A DNA stretch of 59,807 nucleotides from an uncultured bacterium. GTDB lineage: Bacteria; CAYMEV01. Numbering within the stretch: the stretch's first letter is position 1; every line of letters starts with the position of its first letter. Made by a program: the position numbers and the translations under genes. Positions 38,376 to 47,864 of the stretch are shown in pieces. Below the pieces are notes generated by a model. That model was not told the origin of the DNA. It searched no databases and saw only the letters and a list, made by a program, of their open reading frames with translations. Where the stretch lies: assembly GCA_964431655.1 (NCBI GenBank), contig CAYSKJ010000002.1, forward strand, positions 10,214 through 70,020, written 5' to 3'.

Positions 38376-38906
38376 ATGGAGATCACCAGGCACATTCCGG
38401 AGATTAATGAAATCAAGGATGAAGAGCTTAAAGCCAGGGTTGCAAGGGTATTTGAAAAAGCCATGGATCTTGGTAAATGGTCTTATGATGATCTTTACAG
38501 GATGCCTTTCACCCTTTTGATTGAAGGATGCCCCATGAATATGATCGAACATATAAGGGGCGTTACCAATGTATGCATACAAAGCTACGGGGTTTTCGAA
38601 AAGATTTACGGGGAAAGGAATCCACTGAACAGGGATATACTCATTGCTTCAGCACTGCTTCACGATATCGGCAAGCTGGTGGAATACGAGGTTGATAATA
38701 ATGGAAAATTCTATTCAAGCCATCTCGGCAAGCTTCTAAGGCATCCCTTTTCCGGAGTAGGCTTATGTTATGAATTCGGCCTTGACCCGAAGATACTGAA
38801 TGCCATTGCTTATCACAGCAAGGAGGGCAATGTGAATAAACGCTGTCCTGAGGGAGTAGTGGTATTCCATGCTGATTTTATGAATTTTGAACCATTCCAT
38901 AATTAA
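38376..38906 (+). CDS. HDIG-type HD-domain phosphohydrolase
   Basis: LLHDIGK, AYHSKEG, FHADF. Starts 17 nt after the helicase gene. Confidence 0.75.
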   Translation: MEITRHIPEINEIKDEELKARVARVFEKAMDLGKWSYDDLYRMPFTLLIEGCPMNMIEHIRGVTNVCIQSYGVFEKIYGERNPLNRDILIASALLHDIGKLVEYEVDNNGKFYSSHLGKLLRHPFSGVGLCYEFGLDPKILNAIAYHSKEGNVNKRCPEGVVVFHADFMNFEPFHN

Positions 38907-38920
38907 TAAGGAGTTGTGAT

Positions 38921-40168
38921 ATGGGAAAGACTTTTTCTGAAAAGATTTTAGCGCTTAAAAGCTCGAAAGATTCAGTAACGGCAGGTGAAATTGTCGTCGC
39001 AAGACCCGATTATGTCATGTCCCACGACAATGCTGCTGCTATTTCAAAGACCTTCGGCAAAATAGGCACTGATAAGGTTGTAATACCCTCAAAAATCGTA
39101 ATTATACTGGATCATGTCATACCTGCATCTGATGCAAAGAATGCCGAGAACCACAAAACTATCAGGGCTTTTGTAAAAAAACACGGGATAAATAACTTCT
39201 ATGACATTAACCATGGTATCTGCCATCAGGTTCTGCCGGAGAAGGGTTTTGCCCTGCCGGGAAAGCTCATTCTCGGAAGTGACAGCCATACCAACACATA
39301 TGGAGCTTTTGGGGCATTTGCCGCAGGCATAGGCAGAACTGAGGTTGCTGCCCTGTGGGCTACGGGTAAAATCTGGCTCAGGGTACCTGAAACAATTAAA
39401 ATCGTCCTTAAAGGCAGGTTCCGCAAGGGTGTCGGGGCAAAGGACCTGGCCCTCAGGATAATAGGCGAAATCGGAGCTGACGGCGCACTTTACTCGGCTG
39501 TTGAATTCACAGGTCCTCTGGCAGAATCTTTTTCGGTTTCGGACAGGATGGTGCTCTGTAACCTTTCGGCAGAAATGGGCGCCAAGAATGGTTATTTCGC
39601 GCCCAGTGAAGAGGTTCTCAGATATGTTGAGAACATCAAAAAAGACAGCTTTGAAATAATTAAAAGCGACGAGGATGCAGAATACCAGAAAGAGCTCGTC
39701 TTTGATGTAAGCAGTTTGAGACCCCAGGTAGCAAAACCCCATACGGTGGATAATGTCGTATCCATTGATGAACTGGAGCATACGGGAATTGACCAGGTCC
39801 TGCTGGGTACCTGCACCAACGGCCGCATCGAGGACCTGGAAAAGGCAGCGGAGATACTAAAGGGTAAAACAATAGCCAGTGGTGTAAGGATGCTTGTTTT
39901 CCCGGCTTCCTGGAATATATACAGGCAGGCTTTGAAAAACGGAACGCTAAGCATACTGGCTGATGCCGGAGCTGTTATAATGAATCCCGGGTGCGGACCC
40001 TGCCTGGGAGCCCACGAGGGCGCACTGGCAGATGATGAAGTATGCCTCAGCACCGCAAACAGGAATTTTAAGGGCAGGATGGGCAACCCGAAGGCTCATG
40101 TCTATCTTGCAAGCCCCGAAACTGCTGCAGCATCAGCATTGGCTGGCTATATCACCAGCGCTTACTAA
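38921..40168 (+). CDS. leuC: Aconitase-family dehydratase large subunit (3-isopropylmalate / homoaconitate / citramalate isomerase type)
   Basis: 415 aa. LGSDSHT, GTCTNGRIEDL, NPGCGPCLG (Fe-S cysteines), NRNFKGRMG. Confidence 0.8.
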   Translation: MGKTFSEKILALKSSKDSVTAGEIVVARPDYVMSHDNAAAISKTFGKIGTDKVVIPSKIVIILDHVIPASDAKNAENHKTIRAFVKKHGINNFYDINHGICHQVLPEKGFALPGKLILGSDSHTNTYGAFGAFAAGIGRTEVAALWATGKIWLRVPETIKIVLKGRFRKGVGAKDLALRIIGEIGADGALYSAVEFTGPLAESFSVSDRMVLCNLSAEMGAKNGYFAPSEEVLRYVENIKKDSFEIIKSDEDAEYQKELVFDVSSLRPQVAKPHTVDNVVSIDELEHTGIDQVLLGTCTNGRIEDLEKAAEILKGKTIASGVRMLVFPASWNIYRQALKNGTLSILADAGAVIMNPGCGPCLGAHEGALADDEVCLSTANRNFKGRMGNPKAHVYLASPETAAASALAGYITSAY

Positions 40169-40182
40169 AAGGAGGTAATAAA

Positions 40183-40677
40183 ATGGGAATTATAAGAGGA
40201 AGAGTTTTCAAATACGGTGATAATGTAAATACCGATGTAATATTCCCCGGCAAATACACCTATACGGTTACAGAGCCTGAGGAGATAGCAAAGCACGCTC
40301 TGGAAGACCTGGACCCCGATTTCATAAAGAAGGTAAAACCCAATGATATAATTGTTGCCGGCAATAACTTCGGGTGCGGCTCATCCCGCGAGCAGGCGGC
40401 CTTCTGCCTGAAATATGCCAGGGTCGGAGCTGTAATTGCCAAATCCTTCGCCAGGATATATTTCCGCAACTGCATAAATGCGGGTCTTCCTATCCTCATG
40501 AGCAGTGAAATAGTGGATAATATAGAAAACGATGAAGAGATAGAGATTGACTTTGAAAAGGGCATTGTAAAGACAAAACAGGGCATATTTAATTTCCCTC
40601 CCCTTCCTCCGGAGGTGCTTCAGATACTCAATGCCGGAGGTCTGATTGAATACATAAAGCAGGACAGGGCAGAATAA
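40183..40677 (+). CDS. leuD: Aconitase-family dehydratase small subunit
   Basis: 164 aa. YGDNVNTDVIFPGKY, NFGCGSSREQA. Confidence 0.8.
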   Translation: MGIIRGRVFKYGDNVNTDVIFPGKYTYTVTEPEEIAKHALEDLDPDFIKKVKPNDIIVAGNNFGCGSSREQAAFCLKYARVGAVIAKSFARIYFRNCINAGLPILMSSEIVDNIENDEEIEIDFEKGIVKTKQGIFNFPPLPPEVLQILNAGGLIEYIKQDRAE

Positions 40678-40726
40678 CAGGGCCGGGGGCAGGGGGTTCC
40701 TGTCCCCGGTATATTCCTGCTAAGAC

Positions 40727-43033
40727 TTAGACCCCGTCCAGGGGAAAGACATAAAAGCAAATTCCCTCATAGTTCCATTGAGGAAGCTGCATTACCGTAT
40801 CCCTCTCGATCTCGCTTATGGTATAAAGATGGCCTCCCCTTGCTGTGTTGAAAAAGCGGTATACAGGGATTGCAGATTCCGCTGTATTCTGGTGGACATA
40901 GAACTTTATACCTTCATAGTTATACTGGGGAAGTTCCATAACGGCATCCCTCTCATCTTCGTTTATTGTATAGAAGTGAATGCCGGTATTGGTATTGAAA
41001 AACCTGTAGGCTGGCACAGTGTTTTCAGCATAATTTTCATAGACTTCAAATTTGGAACCTTCATAATTCCACTGGGGAAGATTTTCCATAATATAGTCCC
41101 TTTCTATCTCGCTTACGGTATAGAGATGACCGCCGCGTAGGGTATTGAAAAAGCGGTATACCGGAACCCTGGTATAATCAGGAATATTATTATATAATCC
41201 TCCCATATAGGTCCCAGTAAATAGCCTCGTGCCGATGATTCCAAAAGACCGTATATTTGTATTCAGCATTCCATCGCTATGCCTTGTCCAGCCGGTTTCA
41301 TCCGCTGATAAAACATATACCCCGCCGGGTTCGGTCTGACTGCTGGCAGTTCCTGCAAAGAAATTTCCCTGATAATTAATAAAATTATATACCGTCGTGC
41401 TTGTAAGGCCTTCATTTACTGCCTGCCAGCTGTCACCCGCATCTGCACTTATAAATGCCCCTCCAAGGGTTCCGGCAAACAGCTTGCTGCCTTTTACACA
41501 CAGAATATTTGCATAGGTGTTCTGCATCCCTGCTGAGGCCTGACTCCAGCTTGAACCCATATTATCGGAGCGGAATGCCCCGCTTCCCCATGAGGAGGCA
41601 AACAGATAACCGCCATGATATACAACTGAGCTAATCAATGGAGTCCCGGGAACCATTGAATTGCTCCAGGTCTCACCGAAATCATCAGAATAAATAACCC
41701 CCCCTCCCCAGGTACCTCCTAAAATTCTCAGGCCATTACCGGTATCCACAGATGACAGCCACCATATCAAGGGGACATTAATGCCTGAGCTGGAAGGCGT
41801 CCATGTCTGTCCTAAATCATCGGATACAAATACTCCCTCACCCATGGTCCCGGCTAGAAGTATTATATCGTCCATATCATTGCTGACAGCCAGCAGAGAG
41901 TATACCCAGTGGTTGACCAGTCCGATATTTGTCCAGTTCAGGCCATTGTCATTGCTATGGTATATACCCGCTCCCCCGGTGCTTATAAAATAATCATCGC
42001 CTTCCCGGGCAAAAAACCTTATATCGCCTGCATTCATACCGTTGGCAGACCATTCCCACAGGGTCCCATTGTTATCTGTCACATAGACTCCTGCACCGAA
42101 GGTCCCGGCATACAGGCTTTCTTCAGATACTTTAAGGCAGTAAACATAGAGATTTTCCAGACCATTGCCGGCAGGGGCCCAGGAATTGCCGCCATTCGCA
42201 GAAGCGAAAACTCCTCCGCCATAGGTTCCTGCAAAAATATGGGTATCAGTCGCCGAAAGTGCCTGAACATCCATATTTGTCAGTCCGATGTTTTTCTCAA
42301 CCCATGCATCCTCTTCCTCATCCAGGAAATAAACCCCTCCTCCCCCGGTGCCAGCAATCAGTGTATTATTCACCGCAAAAAGGCTGTTCACGACCAGATT
42401 GCCAAGGCCGTCATTAAAAGCCTCCCAGCTCACGCCGTTGTTGAGGGACAGAAAAACGCCATTTCCCGGTGTACCGGCATAGATGCCTGAACCATGAAAT
42501 GCTACAGCATGAACTTCATTACCTTCAAGGCCATTACTTGCCGGTGTCCAGACTGAACCTTCATTGTCTGAAATAAATATTCCGTTCCCGGTGCCTGCAA
42601 AGACAGTACTCCCGCTGGCTGACAGGCAGTAAATCTGAATTTCAGCAAGACCTGTACCTGAAAGAACCCAGGTCTCTCCGCCGTCTGAAGACCGGTATAC
42701 GCCTCCGCCACTGCCTCCGTAAGTGGTTGTTGTTCCGGCAAGGATATAGTTATCCGAAACTGCCAGGGATATTACATATGGGTTGCTGAGCCCAGTAGTC
42801 AAAGGGCTCCAGGTTTCTCCGCTGTTCTCAGACTTAAAAACCCCTGCTCCCCTTGTCGCCGCATATAGAATGCCCGATTTTGATTCCATATCCTTTACAA
42901 CGCCTCCCCATACACCATCAGCGCTCTGCCACTGGGAACCGGAAAAGGATGCTGTGGAAATCAGCAGAATAAAAACAACAGATAAAAATTGCATCCTTAT
43001 TTTGTAAAATCCTCTTTCCTTGAAAATACTCAT
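40727..43033 (-). CDS. Secreted multi-BNR/Asp-box beta-propeller protein with three C-terminal YRFFN..G.HLYT repeats
   Basis: Signal peptide. More than 10 Asp-box units (SENSGETWSP, SSDGGETWVL, SDNEGSVWTP, SANGGNSWAP, SDDLGQTWTP, SDDFGETWSN, SADAGDSWQA and others). Three roughly 48-aa C-terminal repeats of the form VYRFFNT.RGGHLYT.SE.ERD..M..LPQWNYEG. Confidence 0.8.
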   Translation of the reverse strand: MSIFKERGFYKIRMQFLSVVFILLISTASFSGSQWQSADGVWGGVVKDMESKSGILYAATRGAGVFKSENSGETWSPLTTGLSNPYVISLAVSDNYILAGTTTTYGGSGGGVYRSSDGGETWVLSGTGLAEIQIYCLSASGSTVFAGTGNGIFISDNEGSVWTPASNGLEGNEVHAVAFHGSGIYAGTPGNGVFLSLNNGVSWEAFNDGLGNLVVNSLFAVNNTLIAGTGGGGVYFLDEEEDAWVEKNIGLTNMDVQALSATDTHIFAGTYGGGVFASANGGNSWAPAGNGLENLYVYCLKVSEESLYAGTFGAGVYVTDNNGTLWEWSANGMNAGDIRFFAREGDDYFISTGGAGIYHSNDNGLNWTNIGLVNHWVYSLLAVSNDMDDIILLAGTMGEGVFVSDDLGQTWTPSSSGINVPLIWWLSSVDTGNGLRILGGTWGGGVIYSDDFGETWSNSMVPGTPLISSVVYHGGYLFASSWGSGAFRSDNMGSSWSQASAGMQNTYANILCVKGSKLFAGTLGGAFISADAGDSWQAVNEGLTSTTVYNFINYQGNFFAGTASSQTEPGGVYVLSADETGWTRHSDGMLNTNIRSFGIIGTRLFTGTYMGGLYNNIPDYTRVPVYRFFNTLRGGHLYTVSEIERDYIMENLPQWNYEGSKFEVYENYAENTVPAYRFFNTNTGIHFYTINEDERDAVMELPQYNYEGIKFYVHQNTAESAIPVYRFFNTARGGHLYTISEIERDTVMQLPQWNYEGICFYVFPLDGV

Positions 43034-43307
43034 ATAATCCTCCTTTTTTATTCAGTTTATGATTCTAAAAACCATTTATCATGCAAATAATGAAATATTT
43101 ATCAATGAGGAAGTTTTATTTTACTATAATAATATTTACTATAATAATAACCATATTTATAGATATATTATTTTTATAAATTTAATCAATAAAATATTAA
43201 TGCTTTTATTCAGGCATAAGAAAGTGGTGCAGAACAGCCTTATGGATCTTGAACTGATTTTATCCTGATTTATTAAATTCTGGATTATTGTGCTGAAATG
43301 ATTAATA

Positions 43308-44309
43308 ATGGTCCTGGTAATATTAAAGGAGGTATACAGCTTTATGGAAGAGTTGAATTCTTTTCTCCCTCTGCTTGGTTTTTTCGCAGGGTTCCAGGTA
43401 AATACGCCGCCTCAGCCCTCCGTTCATATTACTCATGCAACGAACTGGCTTACAAAGGCAGAGCGGCTCTATGGAATGAACAGCCCTAAGCTGGTGCCCT
43501 TTTTATATGAACTGAGCCAGAGGCTTATAGACTATGGCCCCAACAACTACAAAGGCGCTCTTCCTTTGCTGGAGCGCGCATATGAAATACAGTCCGGGAA
43601 GACCAACAAAGATGAACCCGGGTCAGCAGAGGCCATGGCAAAGCTTGGGGAATGTGTTTTGTTCGCCGGAGAAACCGGACGGGCTGAAGACCTGCTGAAA
43701 CTGTCTGTTTCAATGATGGAGGAGATTCCCGGAGTGCAAGACCATTTCAAAGGCCTGGGCTATGCAGCAATGGCTTTCCTGGAGACAGCAAAGGCCAATC
43801 CCGGTACAAACCCTGTAATGCTTAAATTACAGCTTTCAGCCAATCCAGCGCCCCTGAATTCTTTGCCCCCTGGTGCTCAAGACAGTGCTGCCAAAGCCCT
43901 GGATATTTATAATGCAGTTCAGTCAAGAAAGTATGCTGATAGCACCTTCCAGACCGTTAACAGCTTTAATTACGAGGCAATGGCAAGGGCTTTCAACCTG
44001 GAAGAAACCATGAAGGGGTCTTTCAGCGATGCAGTGAAAGGCCTTAAGAACTCTCCCGCAGGCAGTGCAGGAAGGGAGGGCTGTTTTATTGCAACACAGG
44101 TGTATGGCTCCTATGACTGCTTTGAAGTAAAGACTCTCCGGAAATTCAGGGATGAAAAGCTTAAAAAGAGTTTTGCAGGAAAAGTTTTTATTGACATTTA
44201 TTATAAAACAGGGCCCTATATCGCTATTCTAATTTCAAGGAGTCCGATAATCAGCAATTTATTCCGTTCTGTCCTTGACAGATTTATCAGACGCCGGCCA
44301 GAAAAATAG
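43308..44309 (+). CDS. Hypothetical protein ending in a CFI-box-like C-terminal motif
   Basis: The likely start is the ATG at 43344 (MEELNS), downstream of AAGGAGG. The C-terminus CFIATQVYGSYDCFEVKTLRKFRDEKL...YYKTGPYIA resembles the recurrent C(F/L)IATAAYGS...LRxFRD motif. Confidence 0.6.
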   Translation: MVLVILKEVYSFMEELNSFLPLLGFFAGFQVNTPPQPSVHITHATNWLTKAERLYGMNSPKLVPFLYELSQRLIDYGPNNYKGALPLLERAYEIQSGKTNKDEPGSAEAMAKLGECVLFAGETGRAEDLLKLSVSMMEEIPGVQDHFKGLGYAAMAFLETAKANPGTNPVMLKLQLSANPAPLNSLPPGAQDSAAKALDIYNAVQSRKYADSTFQTVNSFNYEAMARAFNLEETMKGSFSDAVKGLKNSPAGSAGREGCFIATQVYGSYDCFEVKTLRKFRDEKLKKSFAGKVFIDIYYKTGPYIAILISRSPIISNLFRSVLDRFIRRRPEK

Positions 44310-44433
44310 CTTTTACCCTGATTGCCTTGGTACTTTTATTTCGCCCTTCACCAACAGATTCTTGACTAAGTTTAATAATTTGATAATAAATAGGTTTGAG
44401 CATTAATTAAAATACAAATAAAGGATAGCTGTC

Positions 44434-46404
44434 ATGAGCGGAAACGAAAGGCCTGAATTCCCAAAGAAGGCCGTTATAACCGGAGGGATGCCCTATGGCA
44501 ATAAAGAGCTGCACTTTGGTCATGTCGGCGGCATGTATGTCCATGCGGATTTTTTTGCACGCTTTTTGAGGGACAGGATCGGAAGGGACAATGTAATATT
44601 CGTGTCAGGAACAGACTGCTACGGTTCACCCATTCTTGAAGACTGGAGGCTCCAGGTTGAAAACGGTTTGTTTTCTGGGACTATACAGGAATTTGTAGAA
44701 ATAAATCATATTAAGCAGTCCGATGTCCTGAACAAATACCAGATATCCCTTAATCTTTTCGGGGCATCGGGTATAGGACGGCCAGGGGAAATACACGCCG
44801 GACTTTGTTCAGAGTTCTTCATCAGGCTTAAAGAGAAAGGCTGGCTGATCAAGAAAGAAATGCCCCAGTTCTATGATCCTGAAAAGGAATGCTTCCTTAA
44901 CGGCAGGCAGGTTATCGGGCAGTGCCCTATTGATGGATGCCGGTCAGAAAGGGGTTATGCAGACGAATGTTCCCTGGGTCACCAGTATGACCCATCGGAG
45001 CTCATAAATCCAAAAAGCACGCTCTCCGGGAAAACGCCCATAATGAAAAACTCTGTCAACTACTACCTTGACCTGTTCAGGTTCCGCGATGAGCTTGAGA
45101 AATTCATCCAGAGGGAAAACGACAAACCCGGGGCAAGAGTTTTTTACATATCAGCCCTGAGAGAATTTTTTGAACCCCCTGCAATCCATGTAAAAAAGAA
45201 CTACCTGGAGGACCTTGAAAAGATAAGGGAAAAACTCCCCTGCCACAGTTTCCAGGAGGGCACAAAAAAATCCTTCAAGCTTGTTTTTGACAGGCTGGAA
45301 GACCGGGAAAAGGCCTGCTCAATACTTACTGAAAACAGGATATTCTTCAGGAACAGCAAAACCCTGGTGCCCTTCAGGCTTACAGGGAACATAGAGTGGG
45401 GCGTTCCGGTCCCCGGCGAGGAAAACCTTACCTTCTGGGTCTGGCCGGAATCCATCTGGGCTCCCATTTCTTTCACAGCCGCATATCTTGAAAGCATGGG
45501 AATAAACGGCAAAGAGTGGGAAAAATGGTGGAAGGCCAGGGATGTTAAGATATACCAGTTCATCGGGGAAGATAATATATATTTTTACGGCATAGCAGGC
45601 ATGGCCATGTTCATGGGCGATCACAGCAATTCACCCTCCTTTGATCCAGAGGATAATGAGCTTCAGATTCCCCGGCTCATTGCAAACAACCACATACTGT
45701 TTCTCGATAAAAAGGCCAGCAGTTCAGGAAAGATAAAGCCTCCCATGGCCGGAGACCTGCTCAGCTATTATACCTCGGACCAGCTGAGGGCTCATTTCCT
45801 TTCCCTGGGGCTCGGAATAAGAAGCATTGGCTTCAGGCCCAAGCCCTTCAATCCTTCAGCACAGGAAAATGACGGTGATCCGGTCCTGAAAGAGGGCAAT
45901 CTTCTCAGCAATGTCCTTAACAAGGCTGTAAGATCATGCTTTTATTCAATACAGAAGTATTTTGGCAATAAAATCCCTGTGGGTAAAATCAGCCCCGGGA
46001 TAAAACAAGAATCCGACCAGGCCATACTGGACTTCGAGCAGGCTGTATACCGGCATGAATTCCACCAGGCTGTGGCAGTATTGGACGGCTATATCAGGAA
46101 TATAACAAGGTTCTGGGCCCATAATACCAGAGATATTGACAGGGCCCTGGAGGACAGCACCCTGCGGCAGACAGTCATAGATACCTTCCACATGGTCAGG
46201 GTATCGGCAGTCCTGGTTCATCCCATTGCTCCCTCAGGCTCGGAGATGATAAGGGAATACCTAAATTTCGGGGATGATTTCTTCAGCTGGGACCATATAT
46301 TTCAGGATTTATACTTCTTCATGCCCGACCCGGAAAACCATGAAGTAAAATTCCTGGAACCCAGGGTTGATTTTTTTGAAAAACACCCGAGTCAGCTGAA
46401 ATAA
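44434..46404 (+). CDS. metG: Methionyl-tRNA-synthetase-like class I aminoacyl-tRNA ligase with an atypical KMSKS loop
   Basis: MPYGNKELHFGHVGG (HIGH region), GTDCYGSPI, zinc-knuckle-like GQCPIDGCRSERGYADECSLGH. KKASSSG (45709-45729) sits where KMSKS is expected. The C-terminal helical part looks like an anticodon-binding domain. Confidence 0.6.
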   Translation: MSGNERPEFPKKAVITGGMPYGNKELHFGHVGGMYVHADFFARFLRDRIGRDNVIFVSGTDCYGSPILEDWRLQVENGLFSGTIQEFVEINHIKQSDVLNKYQISLNLFGASGIGRPGEIHAGLCSEFFIRLKEKGWLIKKEMPQFYDPEKECFLNGRQVIGQCPIDGCRSERGYADECSLGHQYDPSELINPKSTLSGKTPIMKNSVNYYLDLFRFRDELEKFIQRENDKPGARVFYISALREFFEPPAIHVKKNYLEDLEKIREKLPCHSFQEGTKKSFKLVFDRLEDREKACSILTENRIFFRNSKTLVPFRLTGNIEWGVPVPGEENLTFWVWPESIWAPISFTAAYLESMGINGKEWEKWWKARDVKIYQFIGEDNIYFYGIAGMAMFMGDHSNSPSFDPEDNELQIPRLIANNHILFLDKKASSSGKIKPPMAGDLLSYYTSDQLRAHFLSLGLGIRSIGFRPKPFNPSAQENDGDPVLKEGNLLSNVLNKAVRSCFYSIQKYFGNKIPVGKISPGIKQESDQAILDFEQAVYRHEFHQAVAVLDGYIRNITRFWAHNTRDIDRALEDSTLRQTVIDTFHMVRVSAVLVHPIAPSGSEMIREYLNFGDDFFSWDHIFQDLYFFMPDPENHEVKFLEPRVDFFEKHPSQLK

Positions 46405-46553
46405 CCTTGAACAACTGAATCATGGAAAATTTAAGTTCAAGTATTGCATGGATTTTATTCTTCACGGCTTTTTCCTTTTTATTCTGAGCTTTTATGGTAT
46501 CCTGGTAAAGGCTTTCTGCATGACCTTAAATATTTAAAGCCGGAGGAATAACA

Positions 46554-47864
46554 TTGAGAAAGACTGTTATTATATTTGCTGTCCTATTTTTATCTGCCAT
46601 AGCAATATATAAATTCCTTTTTTATGAAAATAAGCCGAACATGAATATCATATACATTGTATCCGACTGCCTGAGGGCTGACCGCCTCGGCCAAAACACC
46701 TACCAAAGAGATATTACTCCCTTCCTTGATAAAATCGCCCTCAAAGGAACCAGTATTAAAAACACCTATGCCCACAGTTCATGGACTCTTCCCTCAATGG
46801 TCTCACACCTGACAGGAATAAACCCGACAGCTGCATACAAGCTGTCTTATGGGGTTTCTTCCGATCTGAATTTTATTTCTGAGATACTGTCCGATAAAGG
46901 CTATAACACCTATATGATATCCGCAAGCCCTTTGCTGACCAGAAAGTGGAATTTTATCCAGGGCTTTGATGTTTATGAGTACATAGACAGCCGTGACGGC
47001 AGGGATGTCAACGCTATGATAAGCGAACTGCTTAGCAAGGGTATTGAAGAGCCGTTTTTCCTTTATATCCATTATATGGATCCCCACACACCCTATTACC
47101 CTCCCGAAGAATTCCTTGAAAAAATTAATCCTTCAGCCCAAGACATCAGCATCAGGTTTGACAACCTTAAAAACCACGGTCTTTCCCAGGATGAACTCCA
47201 GGCCGGCATAGACAGTTATGACGGTGAGGTTCTATATCAGGACCACCTCATATCCCAGATATATAACCTGATTAACAGGAATACTGATAATAAAAATTTA
47301 TATGTAATTACTGCCGACCACGGCGATGAGTTTTCAGAGCACGGCGGTACCGGACATGGAGTCACCCTCTACAATGAGGTAATAAAAGTACCCCTGGTAA
47401 TTCACAGCCCGGGAATTGTACCGGAAGGCCTTGAGATTGAACGCCCGGCCCAGGTTATTGACATTGTGCCTACAATACTGGATATTTGCAGCATAGGCTA
47501 CGATGAGCATAAATATGAGGGCTCTTCTATTTTTTCAGATAGCAGGGGCAGTTTTGAGTCCTTCGCTGTTCTGTGGAAAACCGCCGATCCCTGCGCGAGC
47601 ATAATCAGCGAAGACTGGAAGTACATACACATCTTTGAAGGCGAAGACCATGAGCTTTACAATCTGAAGGATGACCCCGGGGAACAGGACAATCTGATTG
47701 AAGTTTTCCCCGGTATTGCAGAAAATCTAAAAGGCCGTCTGCTGGACTACAACGAAGAGAATGCAGGAATTTATGATTACCCGGATCCTTTGGGGGCACA
47801 TAAAAAAGGCAGTGATGAAACCAGGCTGGAGGAAAGGATAAAAGCCCTGGGATATATACTGTAA
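46554..47864 (+). CDS. Sulfatase-like hydrolase/transferase (alkaline-phosphatase superfamily), exported
   Basis: N-terminal TM/signal segment. IVSDCLRADRLG, TADHGDEFSEHGGTGHGVTLYNE, PLVIHSPG. Confidence 0.75.
   Translation: MRKTVIIFAVLFLSAIAIYKFLFYENKPNMNIIYIVSDCLRADRLGQNTYQRDITPFLDKIALKGTSIKNTYAHSSWTLPSMVSHLTGINPTAAYKLSYGVSSDLNFISEILSDKGYNTYMISASPLLTRKWNFIQGFDVYEYIDSRDGRDVNAMISELLSKGIEEPFFLYIHYMDPHTPYYPPEEFLEKINPSAQDISIRFDNLKNHGLSQDELQAGIDSYDGEVLYQDHLISQIYNLINRNTDNKNLYVITADHGDEFSEHGGTGHGVTLYNEVIKVPLVIHSPGIVPEGLEIERPAQVIDIVPTILDICSIGYDEHKYEGSSIFSDSRGSFESFAVLWKTADPCASIISEDWKYIHIFEGEDHELYNLKDDPGEQDNLIEVFPGIAENLKGRLLDYNEENAGIYDYPDPLGAHKKGSDETRLEERIKALGYIL

Noticed and set aside
43059-43268. 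69-aa ORF in the very AT-rich 43.03-43.31 kb spacer
   Set aside because: The translation is Asn/Ile/Tyr-rich low complexity of the kind AT-rich DNA produces. The region is better read as a divergent promoter region for the BNR and CFI-box genes.
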